Below, piece by piece: positions 8,901 through 14,225 of a stretch of 14,225 nucleotides of DNA (its first letter is position 1; each line of letters begins with the position of its first letter). Source of the stretch: a virus (taxonomy: Duplodnaviria > Heunggongvirae > Uroviricota > Caudoviricetes); IMG/VR virus record IMGVR_UViG_2778261499_000009, positions 1 through 14,225 of that record. The stretch is one strand, 5' to 3'. The position numbers were made by a program, and so were the translations under genes. The notes under the pieces are model-generated. The model saw nothing but the letters and a program-made list of their open reading frames with translations. It ran no database searches and had not been told where the DNA came from.

Positions 8901-8939
8901 TCACCTTCATGTGGGTTAGTGCGTCCTGCTGGTGTGTTT

Positions 8940-8968
8940 AGTATCACCGCTAGTGGTATTTGTGTCAA
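8940..8968 (-). promoter_or_regulatory. pL promoter
   Basis: Minus strand -35 TTGACA (plus 8963-8968), 17-nt spacer, -10 GATACT (plus 8940-8945); overlaps oL1/oL2 as in lambda. Confidence 0.75.
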
Positions 8969-9002
8969 CACCGCCAGAGATAATTTATCACCGCAGATGG
9001 TT
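8942..9002. promoter_or_regulatory. oL1-oL2-oL3 cI operator sites
   Basis: TATCACCGCTAGTGGTA (8942-8958), CAACACCGCCAGAGATA (8966-8982), TATCACCGCAGATGGTT (8986-9002); match recalled lambda oL sites, with one difference in oL1. Confidence 0.85.
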
Positions 9003-9157
9003 ATCTGTATGTTTTTTATATAGATTTATTTTTTGCAGGGTTGTGTGGCTTGGGAGGTGATCGAGAGATCAGAATTGCGTTGTTTAGTGAGTTGCACCTA
9101 TTAATTTTAAAATAAATACAATTGGTTATGTGTTTTTAGGTGGGGCGATCGTGAGGC

Positions 9158-9183
9158 AAAGAAAACCCGGCTCGGTGGCCGGG
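9158..9183 (-). terminator. intrinsic terminator ending the cI-region leftward transcript (timm-like)
   Basis: Minus-strand reading: stem CCCGGC / loop CACCGA / stem GCCGGG followed by TTTTCTTT, starting 10 nt after the stop of the 9193..10050 gene. Confidence 0.6.
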
Positions 9184-9192
9184 TTGATGGGA

Positions 9193-10050
9193 TTATCGTT
9201 TATTTCTTTGATGTTTCTTTGCAGACTCAGCTTGAGTGTTTCCATACCTGCGTTTACCGCTATTGTTTTTTCCCCTAGGCTTGCCTTTTTTTCGATCTTC
9301 CCACCAGTCAGGTGCCGGGTCTGGCTCAACATGTAAAGCATCGGCAAGTCCTGATATCAAGCTGTATGACTGAACTCCATCAATGTGCTCTGACAGTGAT
9401 GGGGTAACATTCTGTCTTAGTGGATCAAGAATAAAATCAATACCTTTAATTCTGGCGTGTTTGGCGGCAGGCACAAAGTCTGAGTCCCCAGCAACAAGGA
9501 CAATTACATCAACAAGTTTTTCATAAGCTAAAGTCGTGATATCCATCCCTAGCTTGATATCAACTTGTTTTTGTTTGATGTCATAGTAAAAATCATCATT
9601 TGTCAGTTCATCCCATTTTTTCGTTCCTTTCATCAGAGCATCAAGGGAGAATGTAGTTAGTTGCCATCGCTTATTATCAACAAGATTCCCTAATCTTAAG
9701 GCTGTTTTTCGAGTTTTTCTTAACTCTTCATGCAGCTCCGTTCTCAGAATATATGATTTTTCGAGTTTGAAATTCTTGCGACCAGGCGTCTTATTGCCAG
9801 GCTCAGGAAGTGGAAGGCGTGTTTGAATGTCGAGTGGTGGACAGTCATAGAAGTAAATTCTATAAAGCTCAAGCGGTTCCCTACGTTCTTGTGATTGACG
9901 TTTTCCATTAAGATGGGAAAGAACCATTGACCATATTACTTTCATTATGCATTGCGCAGTCAGTTCATGCTCGGCGAAGTGTTTACGATGCGTAGCATGA
10001 ACACGCTGCATGAAAAAACCCGCATCAATTAAAATTGCTGCTTTCTTCAT
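9193..10050 (-). CDS. NYN/LabA-like (PIN-fold) nuclease-domain protein with Lys/Arg-rich C-terminal tail, in the rexAB position
   Basis: 285 aa; N-terminal MKKAAILIDAGFF and downstream VDVIVLVAGDSDFVPAAKHARIKGIDFI match recalled NYN/LabA hallmark motifs; tail RKKGKPRGKNNSGKRRYGNTQAESAKKHQRNKR is highly basic. Lies between cI and the timm-like terminator, where lambda carries rexA-rexB. No resemblance to RexA or RexB. Confidence 0.65.
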   Translation of the reverse strand: MKKAAILIDAGFFMQRVHATHRKHFAEHELTAQCIMKVIWSMVLSHLNGKRQSQERREPLELYRIYFYDCPPLDIQTRLPLPEPGNKTPGRKNFKLEKSYILRTELHEELRKTRKTALRLGNLVDNKRWQLTTFSLDALMKGTKKWDELTNDDFYYDIKQKQVDIKLGMDITTLAYEKLVDVIVLVAGDSDFVPAAKHARIKGIDFILDPLRQNVTPSLSEHIDGVQSYSLISGLADALHVEPDPAPDWWEDRKKGKPRGKNNSGKRRYGNTQAESAKKHQRNKR

Positions 10051-10060
10051 AAGAGTCCCA

Positions 10061-10120
10061 AAAAAATAGCCCAGAGCCGTTATGCAGATATTAACAATTG
10101 TCTGCGAACGGGGCTGGGCT
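10061..10120 (-). terminator. large imperfect hairpin followed by a U-run, immediately upstream of the NYN gene start (terminator/attenuator-like)
   Basis: Outer stem AGCCCAGAGCCGTT (10068-10081) pairs with AACGGGGCTGGGCT (10107-10120) at 12 of 14 positions; inner stem GCAGA/TCTGC; on the minus strand it is followed by ATTTTTTT and then the ATG 13 nt later. Confidence 0.4.
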
Positions 10121-10130
10121 TGGTTTAATT

Positions 10131-10159
10131 AATCTATGCCAAGTTGACTGTGCCGTCAA
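10131..10159 (-). promoter_or_regulatory. candidate sigma70 promoter reading toward the NYN gene, embedded in a GTTGAC-N6-GTCAAC palindrome
   Basis: Minus strand TTGACG, 17-nt spacer, TAGATT; perfect inverted repeat GTTGAC TGTGCC GTCAAC at 10143-10160. Confidence 0.35.
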
Positions 10160-10177
10160 CATAAAACTTACTTCCTA

Positions 10178-10894
<717 letters not shown>

Positions 10895-10901
10895 TTAAAT
10901 C

Positions 10902-10967
10902 TATCACCGCAAGGGATAAATATCTAACACCGTGCGTGTTGACTATTTTACCTCTGGCGGTGATAAT
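10902..10967. promoter_or_regulatory. oR3-oR2-oR1 with pRM and pR
   Basis: TATCACCGCAAGGGATA (10902-10918), TAACACCGTGCGTGTTG (10925-10941), TACCTCTGGCGGTGATA (10949-10965); pR -35 TTGACT (10939-10944) and -10 GATAAT (10962-10967); SD TAAGGAGG before cro. Confidence 0.9.
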
Positions 10968-10982
10968 AGTTGCATGTACTAA

Positions 10983-11192
<210 letters not shown>

Positions 11193-11199
11193 ATAACCC

Positions 11200-11231
11200 C
11201 GCTCTTACACATTCCAGCCCTGAAAAAGGGC
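11200..11231 (+). promoter_or_regulatory. nutR (boxA CGCTCTTAC, boxB GCCCTGAAAAAGGGC)
   Basis: boxA at 11200-11208; boxB perfect hairpin at 11217-11231; matches recalled lambda nutR. Confidence 0.8.
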
Positions 11232-11255
11232 ATCAAATTAAACCACACCTATGGT

Positions 11256-11290
11256 GTATGCATTTATTTGCATACATTCAATCAATTGTT
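11256..11290 (+). terminator. tR1-like terminator region between cro and cII
   Basis: Hairpin GTATGCA / loop TTTATT / TGCATAC (11256-11275) followed by an AT-rich tract; position equivalent to lambda tR1 (Rho-dependent in lambda). Confidence 0.5.
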
Positions 11291-11300
11291 ATCTAAGGAA

Positions 11301-11333
11301 ATACTTACATATGGTTCGTGCAAACAAACGCAA
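11301..11333 (-). promoter_or_regulatory. pRE with cII-binding TTGC-N6-TTGC repeat
   Basis: Minus strand TTGCGTTTGTTTGC (plus 11320-11333) overlapping the cII start; -10-like AAGTAT (plus 11301-11306). Confidence 0.6.
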
Positions 11334-11607
11334 CGAGGCTCTACGAATCGAGAGTGCGTTGCTTAACAAAATCGCAATGCTTGGAACTGAGAAGACAGCG
11401 GAAGCTGTGGGAGTTGATAAGTCGCAGATCAGCAGGTGGAAGAGGGACTGGATTCCAAAGTTCTCAATGCTGCTTGCTGTTCTTGAGTGGGGTGTCGTCG
11501 ACGACGACATGGCTCGATTGGCACGACAAGTTGCTTCGATTCTCACCAATAAAAAACGCCCGGTGTGCAAGACCGAGCGTTCTGATCAAATACAAATGGA
11601 ATTTTAA
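11311..11607 (+). CDS. cII: cII transcriptional activator (lambda type)
   Basis: From the ATG at 11311 (SD TAAGGAA upstream): MVRANKRNEALRIESALLNKIAMLGTEKTAEAVGVDKSQISRWKRDWIPKFSMLLAVLEWGVVDDDMARLARQV... matches recalled lambda cII; the C-terminal few residues differ. The track ORF begins 60 nt upstream. Confidence 0.95.
   Translation: MVRANKRNEALRIESALLNKIAMLGTEKTAEAVGVDKSQISRWKRDWIPKFSMLLAVLEWGVVDDDMARLARQVASILTNKKRPVCKTERSDQIQMEF
11548..11579 (-). terminator. oop-like antisense terminator overlapping the cII 3' end
   Basis: Minus-strand reading: stem CGCTCGG / 9-nt loop / CCGGGCG (one mismatch) followed by TTTTTTATT; position as for lambda oop RNA. Partner promoter not identified. Confidence 0.35.
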
Positions 11608-11629
11608 CAACATCCAACGAGGTAATTAT

Positions 11630-11902
11630 ATGCGAAACAAAGGCTTTAATCCACCTGATACACACAAAGAAGCTAAGCGTTTGCGCTTCCTTCGTTCCAT
11701 TGATGAAAGAACTCAAATCTCTTTTGTGAAAGTTGCCAGAACTGAGCTTCTGAAGGCTGAGGCGAGGGCGTTGCTCCCGTCTCTACCAAAAGAGGAGGGA
11801 TATACGTTCATTCCAAACGCATTTCTGGAAAAGCTTCTCAAAGAAGACATATCCGTAAGTCAGTTTAACGATGTTCTTAAGGTCTTTCGTCAAGGCAGGT
11901 AG
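11630..11902 (+). CDS. hypothetical protein inserted between cII and the replication initiator
   Basis: 90 aa from the ATG at 11630 with GAGG 9 nt upstream (MRNKGFNPPDTHKEAKRLRFL...); the longer track ORF (11318) overlaps cII out of frame and is not credible; the stop is followed 2 nt later by the next start. Confidence 0.55.
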   Translation: MRNKGFNPPDTHKEAKRLRFLRSIDERTQISFVKVARTELLKAEARALLPSLPKEEGYTFIPNAFLEKLLKEDISVSQFNDVLKVFRQGR

Positions 11903-11904
11903 TT

Positions 11905-12852
11905 ATGAGCAATACAGCAAAAATCTACGATTTCAGCGCCGCACACGAGCGCAGGAGCAACAGGATGGAGAACCAGAAAACTGGTTACATTCCGTTGTAC
12001 CGGAGCATTCTGAAACAGTCATGGGCGAAAGATGTTTATCTTCGCACCCTGTGGGAAAACCTTCTCCTGAATGCCGCCAGAAAGCCATACAAAGCGAATT
12101 TCAAAGGTCATGAATGGCATCTGCAACCCGGTCAACTGGTTGTGACAGCAGCTGATTTAGGTCTTCAGTTATGCGACAGACATGGCAAGCCAGCAAGCCG
12201 TGATCAGGTTGAGCGGATGCTTCAGGTTTTTGTGAAAGAGGGGATGATCTCCATTGATGGAGAGAAGCAAAAAGGTCGTGTGATAACCATCACAAATTAC
12301 CATGAATATGCTCAAAAAATGGACAATTTACCCGCACATGAAGCCGCACAAACAACCGCACATGATGCAGCACATGACGAAGACAGTAATGGCGCGGCTT
12401 TCAGAGCACATGCCGCACATGAAAGCGCACATGAAGCCGCACAAACAACCGCACATCATGAACAAGAAGGTATTAACAAGAATATAAATAATACCCCCCT
12501 ACCCCCCAATGGGGGAGGCGATGGGCAGGTTAAACCTGAACGTCGCAAGGCAGAACGAATCGACTACGAATCCTTCCTGAACGCCTACAACACCGAAGTC
12601 GGTGACAGACTTCCACACGCTGTTGCGGTCAACGAGAAACGAAAACGCCGCCTGAAGAAAATCATCCCGCAACTGAAAACGCCAAACGTGGACGGTTTCA
12701 GAGCGTATGTCAGGGCGTTTGTGCATCAGGCCAAGCCGTTTTACTTCGGAGACAACGACACGGGCTGGACAGCTGATTTTGATTACCTGCTGAGGGAAGA
12801 TTCGTTAACTGGAGTACGGGAAGGGAAGTTTGCAGACAGGGGGATTGCATGA
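11905..12852 (+). CDS. phage replication initiator (O-like / P22 gene 18-like) containing the origin
   Basis: 315 aa; N-terminus [10 protein letters not shown] resembles lambda O MTNTAKILNF; position immediately before the helicase; a central low-complexity AHE/AHD-repeat linker is encoded by the iteron DNA; stop overlaps the helicase start (ATGA). Confidence 0.7.
   Translation: MSNTAKIYDFSAAHERRSNRMENQKTGYIPLYRSILKQSWAKDVYLRTLWENLLLNAARKPYKANFKGHEWHLQPGQLVVTAADLGLQLCDRHGKPASRDQVERMLQVFVKEGMISIDGEKQKGRVITITNYHEYAQKMDNLPAHEAAQTTAHDAAHDEDSNGAAFRAHAAHESAHEAAQTTAHHEQEGINKNINNTPLPPNGGGDGQVKPERRKAERIDYESFLNAYNTEVGDRLPHAVAVNEKRKRRLKKIIPQLKTPNVDGFRAYVRAFVHQAKPFYFGDNDTGWTADFDYLLREDSLTGVREGKFADRGIA
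12330..12520. repeat. ori-type iteron cluster + AT-rich tract + C5/G5 palindrome inside the initiator gene
   Basis: GCACATG-containing units recur at least six times; an exact 30-bp direct repeat CGCACATGAAGCCGCACAAACAACCGCACAT occurs at 12333-12362 and 12427-12456; followed by AT-rich GGTATTAACAAGAATATAAATAATAC and CCCCCCTACCCCCCAATGGGGGAGG. Confidence 0.65.
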
Positions 12853-14225
12853 GACAGGATATCGAAGCGAGCGTTATCGGTGGCCTGCTGATTGGTGGAT
12901 TAACACCAACCGCCAGCGACGTTCTGGCAACGCTGGAGCCGGAAGCGTTTTCAATTCCGCTCTACCGGAAAGCCTTCGAGGTTATCCGCAAGCAGGCGAG
13001 AAACAGAAACCTAATCGATGCGCTGATGGTTGCCGAGGCGTGCGGAGAGGAGCATTTCACGTCAATCCTGATGACCAGCAAAAACTGCCCGAGTGCCGCA
13101 AACCTGAAGGGATATGCCGGAATGGTCGCGGATAACTATCACCGCCGTCTGGTGCTGGAAATCATGGATGAAATGCGTGAACCAATTCAGAGCGGAACCA
13201 TCGACGCATCGAGTCAGGCGATGGATGAGCTTGTAAAGCGTCTTTCAGCCATCAGAAAGCCCCGTGACGAGGTTAAACCGGTACGGTTAGGGGAAATCAT
13301 CACCGACTACACTGACACGCTTGACAGGCGTCTGAGGAACGGAGAAGAGTCAGATACCCTGAAGACCGGAATCGAAGAACTTGATGCCATCACCGGAGGG
13401 ATGAACGCGGAAGACCTGGTGATAATCGCTGCTCGTCCTGGTATGGGGAAAACCGAACTGGCGCTGAAGATTGCCGAAGGCGTTGCAAGCCGCGTTATTC
13501 CTGGTTCTGACGTCCGGCGCGGAGTGTTGATTTTCTCGATGGAAATGAGCGCATTGCAGATCGCAGAGCGAAGCATTGCCAACGCCGGGAGGATGTCGGT
13601 TAGCGTACTGCGAAATCCTGCATCGATGGATGACGAGGGCTGGGCACGTGTTGCTAACGGAATGAGTCAGCTTGCAGATTTGGATGTATGGGTGGTCGAT
13701 GCCTCGCGGTTATCGGTCGAAGAAATACGCTCAATCGCAGAACGGCACAAACAGGAAAATCCAAACCTGTCACTCATCATGGCGGATTATCTTGGCCTGA
13801 TTGAGAAGCCGAAAGCAGACCGCAACGACCTCGCAATTGCTCACATCTCAGGAAGCCTTAAGGCGATGGCGAAAGACCTGAAAACTCCAGTTATCTCCCT
13901 GAGTCAGCTTTCACGCGATGTTGAGAAGCGACCAAACAAACGCCCGACAAACGCAGATTTGCGTGATTCAGGAAGCATTGAACAGGACGCAGACTCAATC
14001 ATCATGCTCTATCGGGAAGCGGTATATGACGAGAACAGTAGCGCCGCGCCATTTGCTGAAATCATCGTGACGAAAAACCGTTTTGGCTCACTTGGTACGG
14101 TTTACCAGCGGTTCTGTAACGGACACTTTGTTGCATGTGACCAGGATGAAGCCAGACAGATTTGCACAGCATCAAATGCACCCGCTGCACGTGGCAGACG
14201 ATATGCACAAGGGGCTGACGTATGA
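12849..14225 (+). CDS. DnaB-family replicative helicase (P22 gene 12-like)
   Basis: 458 aa; Walker [17 protein letters not shown]; DnaB-like C-terminal RecA-fold motifs ([19 protein letters not shown]); SD AGGGGG 5 nt upstream; stop codon is the last 3 nt of the window. Confidence 0.9.
   Translation: MRQDIEASVIGGLLIGGLTPTASDVLATLEPEAFSIPLYRKAFEVIRKQARNRNLIDALMVAEACGEEHFTSILMTSKNCPSAANLKGYAGMVADNYHRRLVLEIMDEMREPIQSGTIDASSQAMDELVKRLSAIRKPRDEVKPVRLGEIITDYTDTLDRRLRNGEESDTLKTGIEELDAITGGMNAEDLVIIAARPGMGKTELALKIAEGVASRVIPGSDVRRGVLIFSMEMSALQIAERSIANAGRMSVSVLRNPASMDDEGWARVANGMSQLADLDVWVVDASRLSVEEIRSIAERHKQENPNLSLIMADYLGLIEKPKADRNDLAIAHISGSLKAMAKDLKTPVISLSQLSRDVEKRPNKRPTNADLRDSGSIEQDADSIIMLYREAVYDENSSAAPFAEIIVTKNRFGSLGTVYQRFCNGHFVACDQDEARQICTASNAPAARGRRYAQGADV

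Noticed and set aside
9126-9347. ORFs 9126..9347 (-) and 9130..9336 (+) at the 3' end of the NYN gene
   Set aside because: They overlap the NYN coding sequence and the timm-like terminator in other frames; no independent support.
9193-10050. RexA or RexB homologue
   Set aside because: The protein is a single soluble-looking polypeptide with NYN motifs; it has neither RexA-like sequence nor the multi-pass membrane character expected of RexB.
11318-11902. 194-aa ORF spanning cII through the next gene
   Set aside because: Its first ~100 codons overlap cII out of frame; only the 3' part from the ATG at 11630, which has its own SD, is credible and is annotated separately.
12330-12460. CRISPR array
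   Set aside because: Repeats are short, irregularly spaced iterons within a coding region, not regularly spaced repeat-spacer units; no cas genes.
12302-12487. 61-aa ORF rich in His/Met/Lys/Pro ([13 protein letters not shown]...)
   Set aside because: It is the alternative reading frame of the iteron repeats inside the replication initiator gene; the low-complexity translation is a by-product of the DNA repeats.

Overview
The window is dominated by the early/immunity region of a lambdoid prophage; no database search or computation was run, so all calls rest on reading the sequence and recalled family knowledge. From about 8.4 to 11.6 kb the sequence is recognisably phage-lambda type: N (minus), nutL, pL with oL1-3, cI (minus), oR1-3 with pRM/pR, cro, nutR/tR1, and cII with pRE. 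The flanks are not lambda-like. The leftward early operon (minus strand) carries a cIII-like peptide, a RecT-family annealase with a Gp157-family partner, Ead/Ea22-like and DUF551 proteins and an AlpA/Xis-like gene, but no recognisable integrase. Rightward of cII there is an extra 90-aa ORF, a replication initiator containing an iteron-type origin, and a DnaB-family helicase that ends at the window edge. At the far left is an intact LacY-family MFS transporter gene. Two classic accessory slots hold non-lambda genes and are the best candidates for an undescribed prophage-encoded defence or exclusion function: (1) the rexAB position between cI and the timm-like terminator holds a single 285-aa NYN/LabA-like PIN-fold protein with a Lys/Arg-rich tail, preceded by its own promoter-like element and a large hairpin; (2) the sieB position convergent with N holds a 164-aa protein with a glycine-zipper-like N-terminus, a coiled coil and a C-terminal CxxC...CxxC motif. 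No rRNA or CRISPR array was seen, and the only tRNA-like element is a degenerate T-arm fragment.
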